DNA of 64,000 nt. It comes from a virus (Duplodnaviria > Heunggongvirae > Uroviricota > Caudoviricetes). The stretch is taken from positions 26,830-90,829 of IMG/VR virus record IMGVR_UViG_3300017991_000084; one strand, given 5' to 3'. Positions 10,391-21,991 of the stretch are shown in pieces (the stretch's first letter is position 1; each line of letters opens with the position of its first letter). The position numbers and the translations under genes are program-made. The notes beneath the pieces were generated by a model that saw only the letters and a list, made by a program, of their open reading frames with translations, was not told the DNA's origin and did not search any database.

Positions 10391-11707
10391 CTACTTCACA
10401 TATTCACTACGACTTCCAGGACTGTCATGTTCTAGATGGAAGTCAAATTCCTTGAAGAATACGTCATTCGCATACGTGTCATCCGCATGCTCCGCATCCC
10501 GGAAAAACCGACACAGCAACATGGCGCTCACCCCAATCGTATTTGCCACCGCTGACATGTCGATATCTGGGAAACTCATCAGGTAATGCTTCCGATCCAC
10601 CAACGTTGTGTCCCCACCAGCCACGACTCCTGTTGTGTAGATGGTGGTCGTATTCCCATACACCTCTCCGATACCTGCCAACGAGTACTCCAGCCCAAAC
10701 CTCGGCATCTGACCTGAACCACCAGCACCATTAGGCGCGAAATGTACGTGCGGATGAAGCGCACTACCCTGCTTCCATGCGTGCAATATTTGTGTCGGAA
10801 AGAATGCCTCATTCCGAATCGTGGGCGAGAACGACAGCGCCAGCACTCCAACGCTCCCAGCACTCCCACCGATCAACCCTGTCGGCCATGTGGGTGAGCC
10901 TGTGAGAGACATATCCTCTCCAGCCCCAATCGTACAATCATTGTCTACCGTTGACCCTGTTCCCTCATCGTAGTGGAACATGGCAATCACATCTGACGCC
11001 TTCGTCACACCTGTCGGCACCGTCTGCGTTCCAGCTCCGCTATTCCATCTCTCTGTAACCTGAGAAGCAGTCAAGGCCACATTGTAAAGCACGGTCTCGT
11101 CTATGATCCCATTGTAGTACTGCGTACCATTTGTTCCTATGAGAAGATCTGTGGTCTGAGTCCCAAACACCGTGCCCACGAATACGAAGCTGTCCACCAC
11201 AACGTTGTCCATGTACACTGTACAGTTTGTATCACTGCCACTCTTCTCCAGCACCACTACTAGATGATGCGTCACGCCAGATAGTGTGACCACACCCGTC
11301 TGTTGGAATCCAGATCCCTCCATCGCAACCCGGATTCTCCCGTTGCGGATCTGAACCTGTACGTAGCCAGAACGGTAAACGATTGGACGGAACCCTGTCA
11401 CGGTATCTGCTGAGAACCATGTCTCCACAGTCAGATGACCATTGGCATCTACATCCAATCCTGCATAGTCTCCCACGGTCCCGTACTGCGTGCTTCCATC
11501 CAGCTGAACAGCATACGATGCGCCTCCAGCCCCATCATTCACCACCTGCTTCCACTCTGGAGGATTCACACCAGCAAGGATCACATCATTCGCAGACACG
11601 CGAAGATCATCCCAGTATGTGTCCAGGTACTCCACCTCGGACATCCGATACTTGCTGGAATTAACCAACTGACTTCTGAACCTACTCACATAATCCGTAA
11701 ACCCCAT
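10391..11707 (-). CDS. LamG/concanavalin-A-like lectin-domain protein (possible structural or adhesin-like)
   Basis: 438 aa, Gly/Thr/Val-rich beta-sandwich-like composition. Confidence 0.35.
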   Translation of the reverse strand: MGFTDYVSRFRSQLVNSSKYRMSEVEYLDTYWDDLRVSANDVILAGVNPPEWKQVVNDGAGGASYAVQLDGSTQYGTVGDYAGLDVDANGHLTVETWFSADTVTGFRPIVYRSGYVQVQIRNGRIRVAMEGSGFQQTGVVTLSGVTHHLVVVLEKSGSDTNCTVYMDNVVVDSFVFVGTVFGTQTTDLLIGTNGTQYYNGIIDETVLYNVALTASQVTERWNSGAGTQTVPTGVTKASDVIAMFHYDEGTGSTVDNDCTIGAGEDMSLTGSPTWPTGLIGGSAGSVGVLALSFSPTIRNEAFFPTQILHAWKQGSALHPHVHFAPNGAGGSGQMPRFGLEYSLAGIGEVYGNTTTIYTTGVVAGGDTTLVDRKHYLMSFPDIDMSAVANTIGVSAMLLCRFFRDAEHADDTYANDVFFKEFDFHLEHDSPGSRSEYVK

Positions 11708-11767
11708 CCTTAGTCTCCTTTACCATCCAACCTACGTCCTGTATTTGGTTCCACCTGAATTCATCAC

Positions 11768-12145
11768 TCACCTCCCATCCACTCGCTCACCAGTGTTGGG
11801 CCTCACCTGAATGCATCGGTCATCCCAGCATTCGATCATTGCATAGTCCTTCGAGTTAGTCACTTCCAGCTCCGGTAGCCCATTCGCCTTGAGCCACTCA
11901 TGCACCACAGAGATATCAAAGTCTGGCGCTGATGCTCTGGCTGTGAAGATCTTGACTATCTTACCTGCCGCTACCCACTTCTTCACACGCTCCAGCATTG
12001 CAGGCACCGGCTCACCAATGTGGTCTGCACCCTTCCACTCATCGTAGTGTGCCAGCGTCCCGTCCAAGTCCACACCTATCCATCCCATATCGCTCTCCTC
12101 TGGTTCCTCTTCCATTTCACGAATCATGTAATCGAACTCATTCAT
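11768..12145 (-). CDS. HAD-superfamily phosphatase (polynucleotide 3'-phosphatase-like)
   Basis: HAD motif I DLDGTL in GVDLDGTLAHY. Confidence 0.5.
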   Translation of the reverse strand: MNEFDYMIREMEEEPEESDMGWIGVDLDGTLAHYDEWKGADHIGEPVPAMLERVKKWVAAGKIVKIFTARASAPDFDISVVHEWLKANGLPELEVTNSKDYAMIECWDDRCIQVRPNTGERVDGR

Positions 12146-12460
12146 AGCGCATCTCCGTCATACCCTGGAAGGTCTCTTCCATCCCATGGATCGCGTTCTT
12201 CCTCATCGTCTACTTCCACTCCCTCAAGAAGCTCATCCCATTCCTCATCCCACACCTCATCCAGACTGTAGCATCTGCCACCTACTGGCCAGTCTCCCTG
12301 AGGCAACGTCCTCTCCGCTCCGCACAGCAGACATCGATACTCTGAGTACCACATGGCCCACTTCGGCACCTCAGTCTCCAGCCCACACGTTGTCCATGTA
12401 GAGAAGTCCCGCACATGGTCCCAGCAATGGAAGCACGGATACCCTACATGCATTGCGTAC

Positions 12461-13132
12461 TCAAGACTCATCTTTCTCGTCTTCCTTTTTCTTCTTGTCC
12501 TTGTCAGAGCCAAACCGTGCCAGCTCCTGTTTGTTCACCTTACCCTCATACGGCTCACTCTCGTGAATCGTAATGTCCTCTGGATTCTCTGGCCTGGAGA
12601 AGTAGGTACATCCATCTTCATCCTCATGCAGCCAGCATGGATCGTTGTTGTCCTCGTATGTCTTACCTCCATCCTTCGAGAAGCACGCCGGGTTTCGCCT
12701 TGACTGCCACAGCTCCTCACTCACTTCCATCCACTCATCCGGATTGTCCGTCAACGGAGACAGTGGCTTCCAGTTCGCTAGGTTATCGAAGATAGCTCTG
12801 ACCATCGCAGCGCTCATCCCGGAATGGTTCTGTGAGTCAAACACATTGACCAGATCCAACACCGCTTCACCTAGCATCCCATCGTAATCACTGTCAGCCT
12901 GCAAGAGTCCAGCCGCCTTGACTTCATTCTCGGCCCATCTCAGGAACTGACTCTTCGCTTCGTTGCAGAACCGTTCGACGTCATCCATGCACTCGTCAGG
13001 AATGTGAACAGTCTCTAGGATCTGATACACTGCCGTTGCCAGCTGACCCCAGGTCATGTCCTTCTGTCCCTTGACATATGCCAACTGCACACCGGCACTA
13101 CCACACTCTACCAAATCCCTGAATTCATCCAT
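12461..13132 (-). CDS. hypothetical protein
   Basis: 223-aa minus ORF with a Lys/Glu-rich tail. Confidence 0.4.
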   Translation of the reverse strand: MDEFRDLVECGSAGVQLAYVKGQKDMTWGQLATAVYQILETVHIPDECMDDVERFCNEAKSQFLRWAENEVKAAGLLQADSDYDGMLGEAVLDLVNVFDSQNHSGMSAAMVRAIFDNLANWKPLSPLTDNPDEWMEVSEELWQSRRNPACFSKDGGKTYEDNNDPCWLHEDEDGCTYFSRPENPEDITIHESEPYEGKVNKQELARFGSDKDKKKKEDEKDES

Positions 13133-13144
13133 CCCTAGTCCTCC

Positions 13145-13636
13145 TTAGTTCCATTCAAGTATCTCAATGTCCTTCGGATCGAATGCCACGAACGCCCAGC
13201 CGGATCTACCCTTACCAGCTTCTGGCTCTACAAATGCGGCTCCATCATATCCATTTTTCTGTAAAAACCTCACGAACTCTTCCCCGTCCTCACCGTCGAA
13301 CAGCTCCCATGTCTCCACGGATGTGAGCCACTTACGGTTGTAGCCAGCTGCCTCCCACTTGTCATCCAGTGTAGTGTCATGCTCCAGATCGATCACCTTG
13401 TCCAGATGCAGCTTGACCTTTGCTACGTTCTTCCCGAAGTCCCTTGCCAACTCCTCGTCTGGCGCAAAGAAGAACCCAGTCCTCTTGACTGCCTCTGTCC
13501 CGAAGACCGTACTCACCTTCCCACCCGTCTGCTTGAACCTATCGAATGGCTTTGAATTCGTACCATGATAGACCACGTCTGGGACCTCCACTGTCTTGGC
13601 CTCTACTATGTCGAGCGCCTTCTCGAACTCGTTCAT
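13145..13636 (-). CDS. ADP-ribosyltransferase-fold protein (H-Y-E clade; resembles the catalytic domain of Tpt1/KptA RNA 2'-phosphotransferase)
   Basis: VVYHGTNSKPF..., GFFFAPDE, KWLTSVETW, to be compared with KptA LYHGT and VWLTST. Confidence 0.4.
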   Translation of the reverse strand: MNEFEKALDIVEAKTVEVPDVVYHGTNSKPFDRFKQTGGKVSTVFGTEAVKRTGFFFAPDEELARDFGKNVAKVKLHLDKVIDLEHDTTLDDKWEAAGYNRKWLTSVETWELFDGEDGEEFVRFLQKNGYDGAAFVEPEAGKGRSGWAFVAFDPKDIEILEWN

Positions 13637-14724
13637 TTCCTATGCTCCCGCAACTCCATTGTTCTTAGAAATGTGTACATATTCTCTGCATCGATCTCCA
13701 AGCCATGCATCATACATCTTGGACATGGACACGCCGTCTTCGTACAGTCACCGCAATGCATCTTCACTTCATCTGAATCCCTGAACCGCTCCCACTCCTC
13801 TATCAGTTTCATACTTCGGATATCCGTGATGTACTGATCCATATGAATGCAGTACGCCAGATAGAGCAGTCGCTGATACAGCTCCTCATCCTCATGCGGT
13901 CCCGGCCTATGGAAGCATTCGCTCATGCCCATCTCCTCAGCCAGCTATTGGTCCATCTGAAATACTTCCCACGACCGTACTTGATCACCCACCATGAAGT
14001 CGAACGCTTCCAGGCTCTGGGAATGTTCAGCCCATAGTGCAGTGGCTCCGCTGTGAGACCTTCCACCTTTGCACAATATGAACATGTACAATCAGCCTCG
14101 TGCTTCTCCACCAACACCCAAAACCATCTTGTCTTCCAGCTCCGCTTCTCCCTCATTTCCTCATTATCTCCTCGTAGCTATCGATGTCTGTCTGACTGTC
14201 ATCTGGATGAGGTTTCACATTGTAGCCACACTTGGTTCCCAACTCTCCACCAGCCTTCTTGTGTCCGATGTTCGCCTCTTCCCAATCCCGATCTGGATCG
14301 AAGTCTACCTCCACATCATGCAGCGCCTGCTTCACCCTCCTCCGGAATGCACTCTCGTTCCACTTCTCCCACTTCTTCGTCAACCACACCCATGCGTGTT
14401 TCCGTCTTGACCTGCTCATCGTTGCTCTTACTCCTAGGCAAATCTTTCCACTCTGATCTCTTGGCCTTCTTGACCTTCACACACCAGACCTGCATATCCC
14501 TGTGACAACACCAGCCTGCACACATCATCAAGCCCTTGGCTGGTGACACCAGATGCAACTGCCCATCCGAGCACTCACCACACCTGCCTGGGATGTAGAA
14601 CTTACACCGATACCACCATGGCCTAGTCAGCTTAGGTGGGTGATACGCCTTGCTCTCCACTGGTAAATGCTTTCGTTGACGACGACGTTTCTCTTTCTGG
14701 CGCTTGTTCCTGTGACCCATCAGG

Positions 14725-15327
14725 TCAGCCCTCCTGGCTTACATACTTCTTGGTCTTTCGTTTGTGGCAAGCCACGCACAATGTCTGAAGGTTCTCAGGC
14801 TCCAGCGTTCCACCCTCTGCGTGCTCCACAATGTGATCCATATGCCACAGCGTAGTCCACCGGCCCCACGTCGGATCGGTGTTGAATCCACACTTCTTCA
14901 TGGCCAGCAGCAGAGTCTCCAGCACATCCTTGTAGTGCCACTTCTCCTTGCTGCACTGCCTGTACGTATGATTCACTAGGCTCCGCAGGATCTTCAGCTC
15001 ATGATCCAGCTCCGTTGTATCCAGCCCACACTCTTGGCAGATTCCATTCTCACGCCTCTCTAAAGCATTACGTGCCCAGTTGGAATATGTTCGCTCCATG
15101 GCATTCTTTGAGCACGCATCACTGCACCAAGCTCTGTACCTATTGCCCTGATTGATCCGCTCCCCACAGTAGCGACATACCCAGTAGCCCTCACTGTCCT
15201 TAGGCAGCTTGGGATAATTCTCTTCCAGCCTCTTTGTTCTGCTCTTCGATTTGCGCTTGGGCATCCTCAGCTGCCTTTCTTTCCTGGATCGTTGGACCGT
15301 AAGCCTGACGCATGTGCCCACACCCAC
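14725..15327 (-). CDS. HNH endonuclease
   Basis: HNH signature LWHMDHIVEHAEGG...CVACHKRKT plus Zn-binding Cys pairs. Confidence 0.7.
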   Translation of the reverse strand: MGVGTCVRLTVQRSRKERQLRMPKRKSKSRTKRLEENYPKLPKDSEGYWVCRYCGERINQGNRYRAWCSDACSKNAMERTYSNWARNALERRENGICQECGLDTTELDHELKILRSLVNHTYRQCSKEKWHYKDVLETLLLAMKKCGFNTDPTWGRWTTLWHMDHIVEHAEGGTLEPENLQTLCVACHKRKTKKYVSQEG

Positions 15328-16089
15328 CGATGCACGAACACGGCTGAGGAGTATTGGCTACCATCCCCAGACGTTCTTCTTCAGTCTGCATGTACCTGAC
15401 ACCGGGCTCCGTCCCGACTGGCCCACCCCAGTAGTGCTTACGATTCATCTTCCTCTTCTGGTACTGCCATCTCCTCCATGCTCTGGTCCTGCGCATCACT
15501 CGACTCCTTAGCTCTCTCCAATGCCGTTTCAATGGCCTCACTAAAACCACATCCACCGTTGTAGTACTTCAAGGTGTATCGGTATGAACCATCCGACTGC
15601 TTCTCTGCCACATAGACGTCATCGTATGGGTCCATGTCATCATCGTCCACCTTGTAGATCACGCCGTTGGCCACCACATACGACATGTAACCCTCATCAC
15701 ACAGCAGCTCTTCGTAGTCACTGTGCCACTTGTCCTTCTCCCATCCATGCTTCTCGCAGATCTCCTTGGCCGTTTCTTCCAGGCCCTTACTCATGTCCAG
15801 TGGATGCAACACACCACTATGATATTCAGTCTCACTCATCCCAAGGCTCCCTTCAGCTCTTTCCACGCCGTCTGACGCTCACACTGTGCGTCCTCACCTC
15901 TCTGCTCCCTCAACGCTACGTACTTCCGTGCCACCTGGATGACCCGCCCAGCACACAACAGGCAATAGCCCTCCAGCAAATCCCACTCACTTCTCGGCTG
16001 CTTACACCGCTTACACTTGATCTTCTTCATCTTTCTCCTCAGACTCACACTCCTCATACAGCTCGTCCATGGTCATCTCATGAAACGGC

Positions 16090-17919
16090 TTATTCGACTT
16101 CCTCGTCCGTGACCTCTCTGATCTGTGTCTCTCCATACAGACGCTCCCATTCTTGCTGGCCATGTTCATAGACAGCCACGACCCTCTCCTCTTCCTTGCC
16201 CTCATCCAGCTTCAGCTCCACTAGCTTATCGCCCACAGCCCATCTAGGTGCAGGACCTGTTTCCCACTGTACTGGTACGAAGCTACTCAGGTCATGGTTC
16301 CGTGAAATTCTACGATTCAGCAATCTTTTCTGGAATGCCTCTTCCAGCGCCAATGCAGCCTTGGCCTTCTCACCTACCATCTTGTCAGGGCTTCTCACGA
16401 AGTCCTCGATGTGGAAGTCTTCCAATCTCAGGATCTTTCTGGACAGATAGTCAAACATCTTCTGCTTGTCCAGCTCACCCTCACCCACAGCATTCTCTGC
16501 CACACTGATGAACTTGTCGATGGTATCCACGCCAGCGTCCAGGCTCTCCCGCATAGCCTCTTCCTCAGCTGTAGATGTCTCACCCATGTGAACCGTGAAC
16601 AATGTAGGATCTGGGTCCAGGTTCATGTAGGCCAGATTGATCTGACACATCCTGTAGATACCCTCGGTCAGTGCTCTCTGCAAACGTCTCGCGTTACGTG
16701 CGAACCGAATGTCCAACGCCTCCAGTGCCTCACTACCCAGAGCACCAGTGGCCTCGTTCACCCATCCACCCAGCAATGACATAGGTGTACGCAAAGATAC
16801 AGCCAGCTGGTTTCTAAGCTGCTCGACATCTACGATCCAACGGATGTCCGCTTCACCACCAACCTTCTCGTATGCCAGATCTCCCACGTCACCCCAGACA
16901 GGAACGAAAATATCCTCCATCACACTGAATGGATTCTGCCGACTGTCGTAGTATGGGTTGTCCGGATCTGTGTCAATGGCTCTGGCTCTCGTGATCATGG
17001 TTGCATACTGATCCACCAGCGCCGCCACTGCCTCAGCACTACTCTGGTTCACCGCCAGCTTCCAGATGTACCGGATGATACCTCTGGTGATACGTGCCAT
17101 CAGCAGGCTGTCCTCTGCCAGTCTCAGTCTCTTGTAGGTCGGAAGTGCATTGATCAACAGGCTCGTGCCATACCTTGTAGTCAGCTGGTATGTACTTTCC
17201 CCTGTGATGATGTTCATGCTGCGTACTTCCTTCTGGTTCTCATACGCACTGAACCGCTTCTTCTTTGCGCCCAACAGACGGAAGTGTACCCAGTCCCACG
17301 GAGGCATCAGCTTGTAGGCATCGTTCTCATGGTAGCCCTGACCCTGTGATACTGAATTCGGTGTGTTCGGAGTCCAGTAGAATCCAATCAGCTGACCCTT
17401 GTAGTCAGCTCGACTAACAGAGATAGGATGCTCATTGTCATTAACTGCAACGATTCCCATCCCAGGCCCAGCCTCTGGACGTACAAACAGATCTCCGAAA
17501 GCACCAAGGTTAAACGCCCAGTCATAGATCCTCTCCTCCATTCCGATTCGGTCGAGCATGTCATTCAGCTCGTTCTCATACTTGTCTGAATCCGCTGTGA
17601 TCCACACTGAGGACTCATGCATCGGGCTCCAGGCGCTGGCCACATCTGCGTACAGCTCCATTGAAGCTCCCACCATCCAGTGGTCCAACGCACGTTGCAG
17701 CTGACCATACAGGCTCAGTCTGTCGTAGTTCACCTGGATGCTCTCTTGGATGGTTGTGGTCAGTGTGCCCTGTGAGATGCCGATCTTCTTCAGCAAGTCG
17801 ATCCCATCCTTGTCCAGCCCGTTGACTACATCCTGTGTTGGAACATAAGGAGGCTTGCTTGTAACGTCCCTCAGTATGTCGAACTCATTCTCCTCAATGC
17901 GAAACGGATTCCTTCTCAT
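16090..17919 (-). CDS. large hypothetical protein (609 aa); portal-like was considered but has no support
   Basis: Longest ORF in this area, GGGAG RBS; no diagnostic motif recognised. Confidence 0.5.
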   Translation of the reverse strand: MRRNPFRIEENEFDILRDVTSKPPYVPTQDVVNGLDKDGIDLLKKIGISQGTLTTTIQESIQVNYDRLSLYGQLQRALDHWMVGASMELYADVASAWSPMHESSVWITADSDKYENELNDMLDRIGMEERIYDWAFNLGAFGDLFVRPEAGPGMGIVAVNDNEHPISVSRADYKGQLIGFYWTPNTPNSVSQGQGYHENDAYKLMPPWDWVHFRLLGAKKKRFSAYENQKEVRSMNIITGESTYQLTTRYGTSLLINALPTYKRLRLAEDSLLMARITRGIIRYIWKLAVNQSSAEAVAALVDQYATMITRARAIDTDPDNPYYDSRQNPFSVMEDIFVPVWGDVGDLAYEKVGGEADIRWIVDVEQLRNQLAVSLRTPMSLLGGWVNEATGALGSEALEALDIRFARNARRLQRALTEGIYRMCQINLAYMNLDPDPTLFTVHMGETSTAEEEAMRESLDAGVDTIDKFISVAENAVGEGELDKQKMFDYLSRKILRLEDFHIEDFVRSPDKMVGEKAKAALALEEAFQKRLLNRRISRNHDLSSFVPVQWETGPAPRWAVGDKLVELKLDEGKEEERVVAVYEHGQQEWERLYGETQIREVTDEEVE

Positions 17920-19374
17920 CCTGATCTCCCTTACTATTCCCTTTTTCTATAAAAAGACAGAAACCTGCGAACAACCTACATCTCTATACGTAGCCGCTCA
18001 CAGTTTGTTCTCTACCAACTATCAGCCCACATGGGATAGTCCTCGTCGTCCTCATCGTAGTACATGTCACCGCCCTCAAATCCGCAGCACCCATACGCCC
18101 TAGCGTACCGATCCTCATCGAACTTGTGCTGGATGAGCATTGCTGCCGCTCCCCTGTCGATGTGCTCCCTCATAGCCTCAGGCAGATGTGGCTCCAGAAT
18201 CTCCCACTGCTTGTCGGTCATTGGCAGGTACTTCCACTCCATCCGGCCCTCGATCTGATGAAGCTCCACTGCCCTCTCCAGGATTTCCTTTGAAAACAAT
18301 CCCATGCTATCCCTCACACATCACATTGTCCACTTCCCAGTCTATCATGTCGATCTCGATCTCATCCACAGCGTGCTCCCACGGATGTTCCTCTGCCTCC
18401 TCAAGTGATTCCGCTTCCACCACCACAGACTTCCTGACAGTAACTGTCATCTCCACTATGAATGTTCGCTTAGCCATCACTCACCTCCACATGCTCAGCT
18501 TCCACCCTGTTAAGATACCTCATGATCATGCCCACCGAAAATCCCTCCACATCAAGAATGAGTCTCCCTCTGCTAAGGCTTAAGACATCTCCGTTGGGCA
18601 TCTTCTTCCTAAGGAGATCATAGGGCATATCGTAGATCCAACCCGCCTCCTGTGCCACCCTCATAACCTGATCGTCACGTTCATGCCATGGGAACCTCAT
18701 TCCTCCTCCTCCTCTGTATCCACCCACCTCTGAGTATGGTTGCTGTAGAACTCCAGGCGCTGCCACTGCCCACAATTGCTACAGTACCTGGACCGGCTTG
18801 CCCATCTCACCCAGCGCCGATGATATCCCATCCTGCATAGCCACAGCTTGAACTTGCTTCTCTTAGTGAACATCAGCCCCAGTTCTCCCCAAAGATTGCC
18901 ACCACCAGACCTACCACTACAGCTATCACCAGCGCCAAGGCACCCAGATACACGTATGGTCCACCTGCCTCATAGATCCTCTGTGCAATGAAAGCCAGCC
19001 CCAGCACTATCTCCTTCGCTCCCCAGAGCACCGCTGGAAGCAGGACCATGGTCAACATTGATATCCCGAACCCCCTCAGGAATCTCCTTACGTATGGCCT
19101 CCACCTATCCCATGTGGTCACCTCCCACATCTCACTGCCTATCACGTCCTCATGCATGGTATCCTCTCGCTCTCATCCAGCATTCCTCACACAGCTTGAT
19201 GTACCCTCCCGGCATAGCGAAGGCACTCACGGTCATCTTCAGCTCCCCGCACCTATCACACTCTCCCATGCCCATACATACGCCCTTCTGGTACGCTTCC
19301 AGTGCCGCCCTCTTGGCCTTCTGTCTCAGCATGCCCTCGACTACCGTCATTTCGGTCAACCCTCATTTCTGGCC

Positions 19375-19430
19375 CAAAAACAAACATAGGGTACGTTCTA
19401 TCCGACAAAACCACCCAGAAAACGTACCCC
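19375..19430 (-). terminator. putative intrinsic terminator (9-bp stem GGGTACGTT/AACGTACCC followed by a U-rich tract on the minus strand)
   Basis: Inverted repeat at 19389-19397 and 19421-19429; minus strand then reads TATGTTTGTTTTT. Confidence 0.4.
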
Positions 19431-19911
19431 TCCACCTCTATATAAATATCTCGACCCCTCTCTGTTCGGAAAAATCTGAGAATTTTGCAATTTTTTTTAC
19501 TGAATCAGTGGTGGACTCACCTCTTTTGCGTTGGGTAATGGGCACCAATCTGGCAGTGTCTTAGTGGCCTCAGCCGACTCCTTTTCACTCACTCCCTCCT
19601 GTGGAATACGGAACCCTTCTGCCTCTGGATGGTGACAATCCCACCCTGAATCATAACTCATTCCGTAGTTGCAATCATACCTACAGAAGGGACAGTCACC
19701 GCATTTTTCTATTAAAAGGTTGAGTCTTTTCCCCATGTCCACTTCGCTCCCAACACCAAGCACACGATCAACAGTACGCCCAGCCCCATCAATGCCGAGC
19801 CCACAGTATCAGCCAATAGACACCCACCAGCCAACAACACAGCCGCCCCTATAGACGCCACGATGAACACCATAGCCACCAGGAAACTCTTCCCTATCCA
19901 CTCAAAGATCT

Positions 19912-20379
19912 TCATCTCACATACCCTTTCGCCTCTTCACTCGTGCAGTCATCATCCTGGCGCTGATGGTTCACCTTGGCTTTTTCTAGAAAAGCCTTCT
20001 CCACATCCTCGGCTGTCATGCCCACCGCCTGCGCCAGACTCATCCAGAAGAACAACAGATCTACCACCTCTTTCCTGGCTCCCTCCTGATCGTGTAGTCG
20101 GAACCTCTTGCCGTCTCGTGCCTCCTTGTACCAGTGCTTCCAGTGGGTACAATCCTTCAGTTCCTCTAGCTCTGAATACGCTCCCGATATGAAGTTGTTC
20201 ACCCAAATCCCGGCCAACTGCTCATCAATCTTCCCATCCTCCAGAAAGATATCCTCGGCCCGGAACCCGCACCTCACGTTCAGCTCCTGCTGCACCTTGA
20301 ACAGCTTACTTAGGTCTACCATGCTTATGCCTCTTCTTTCTCTTCTCCGGGTAGTGGCACCACTGGCATCTCTTGGCAT
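19912..20379 (-). CDS. dimeric dUTPase / MazG-like nucleotide pyrophosphohydrolase
   Basis: all-alpha EL..LKDCTHWKHW motif region. Confidence 0.45.
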   Translation of the reverse strand: MPRDASGATTRRRERRGISMVDLSKLFKVQQELNVRCGFRAEDIFLEDGKIDEQLAGIWVNNFISGAYSELEELKDCTHWKHWYKEARDGKRFRLHDQEGARKEVVDLLFFWMSLAQAVGMTAEDVEKAFLEKAKVNHQRQDDDCTSEEAKGYVR

Positions 20380-20607
20380 CTGCCTGGATCATCAACCCGC
20401 ACTTGGGACATCTTACGGACACGTCTCATCTCCTCCCTCAGCATATCCAGCTTATGGTCTAGGTGGATGAACGTACACATCCACAGCGCCACCGCTCCCA
20501 CCATAATCGATCCCGACGTGAAGATCCCTTCCGGATTCCCAAAGCAGAGCATGCTGAGCATCGCACACAGCAGCAGGAATGAACACTTGTAGAACATGGT
20601 CAGCATC

Positions 20608-21018
20608 TCACTGTTCATAGAAAATCACCCTCACGTCCTTCTGCATCAGTTGCGCCTTCTCTATAGTGTCTGCCGTTCCTCTGGACTCTCCATCCCAGAA
20701 CGCCACGATCAGATCTGCACTCTCCACGATCTGAGTATTCCGTATCATCCCTGCCCGCTTGCCGTATACATCCCAGCACGCTGGTATCTCTGTGAAGTAG
20801 AAGCCCACGTCATTTGCATACCTGCCCGCCAAGCTGTCAGCCCCACGTGCTCCACCAGAGATGACCAAGACACGCTGCCGATCCTCCAGACGATCCCAGT
20901 CCAATCCCCACTTCAGGCCACACTCACCCAGGATACTCCCCATCCACCTGACCATCAACTCATAGTCAGTGAACTCCCTGGACCCAACGATAGCCACAGT
21001 GTATACCTGCATCACCAC
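20608..21018 (-). CDS. SLOG / DUF2493-family Rossmann protein (DprA/YspA-like)
   Basis: VISGGARGADSLAGRYA ... RN ... ADLIVAFWDGESRGT. Confidence 0.55.
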   Translation of the reverse strand: MVMQVYTVAIVGSREFTDYELMVRWMGSILGECGLKWGLDWDRLEDRQRVLVISGGARGADSLAGRYANDVGFYFTEIPACWDVYGKRAGMIRNTQIVESADLIVAFWDGESRGTADTIEKAQLMQKDVRVIFYEQ

Positions 21019-21159
21019 GCTCCCAAGTCACAGATCTGAGCCACCGCGAAGGCTCCAAACCGAGTCTCCACCTTAGCCTCACCACCGCCCAAGAAAGCAA
21101 TCAGCTTCACAGGCTGACCGAACCAATCGTACTCTTTGCCAATCTCTAGCTCTTCCATC

Positions 21160-21792
21160 TCAGCTCATCCTATACTTGGTTTCCCATTGATCTCGCTCTG
21201 CTGTGAGAGTCACAATCTGCTGTTCTAGCTGTTCCACTTGCTCACGCAGCTCATCTCGTTCTTTGCGTAACAACATGAAGTGCTCATCCCTACACTCAGG
21301 ACATACCATGCTCCCATTGTGACCTTGGCATCCAAAGTTGTCACACCCACCAGGAACCTCATACTGGTACTCATAGTCAAGGAGGAGGAAAGCGCCCTCT
21401 GGCACCTCCTCCACATTGAAACTGAAGCCACCATCCGTAGAGATGCGCCCACAGATCTTGCCAGTAACCACACCCTCACTGTCACTTCTGCCCGCCAAGT
21501 TCCACTCATCCTGGAGCACTTCATAGATGCAGATGTTCTCCAGGCACACCAAGTCCTTACCCATGAGATGGCCGCTAATCACCATCTCCTTACCCACATC
21601 GATACGCTCACGCTCCACCACAGCCTTGGCATATCGTTTCGATCTCTGCCCTGGAGGAGCCACATCCGGCTTAGGTGTTGTCGGCTTACTCTTCACCCCA
21701 CCACGCCTAGGTCCAGGACGGACAATCCGCTCATTGCGACATTGCTCCGCTGCCGCATCATGCTCTCTCCAATCTTCACGCCCATGTGCCAT
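21160..21792 (-). CDS. hypothetical protein
   Basis: 210-aa minus ORF with a C-terminal coiled coil. Confidence 0.4.
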   Translation of the reverse strand: MAHGREDWREHDAAAEQCRNERIVRPGPRRGGVKSKPTTPKPDVAPPGQRSKRYAKAVVERERIDVGKEMVISGHLMGKDLVCLENICIYEVLQDEWNLAGRSDSEGVVTGKICGRISTDGGFSFNVEEVPEGAFLLLDYEYQYEVPGGCDNFGCQGHNGSMVCPECRDEHFMLLRKERDELREQVEQLEQQIVTLTAERDQWETKYRMS

Positions 21793-21991
21793 TACCTTCT
21801 CCTCCTTCTACTCCACGCATTGATGCACTCGATCAAATCGACCTTGAGAGGGGAATCCTTCCCCTCCCAGATCTTACGGGGGACCGCAATGACTTGACAA
21901 CACCGAGAGCCGTAGCACCTCAGCACCTTGCTCTGTGCATCCCACTGCATGAACATCTTGTTACAATTCGGACACTTGAACATCCTTCACC

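Noticed and set aside
16090-17919. Portal protein assignment for the 609-aa ORF
   Set aside because: No diagnostic motif was recognised, and the neighbourhood is non-structural (dUTPase, HNH, small ORFs). It is kept as a large hypothetical.
19436-19453. T4-late-promoter-like TATAAATA
   Set aside because: It occurs on the plus strand only, while all genes here are minus-strand. It sits just upstream of the terminator hairpin and is likely chance AT-rich sequence.
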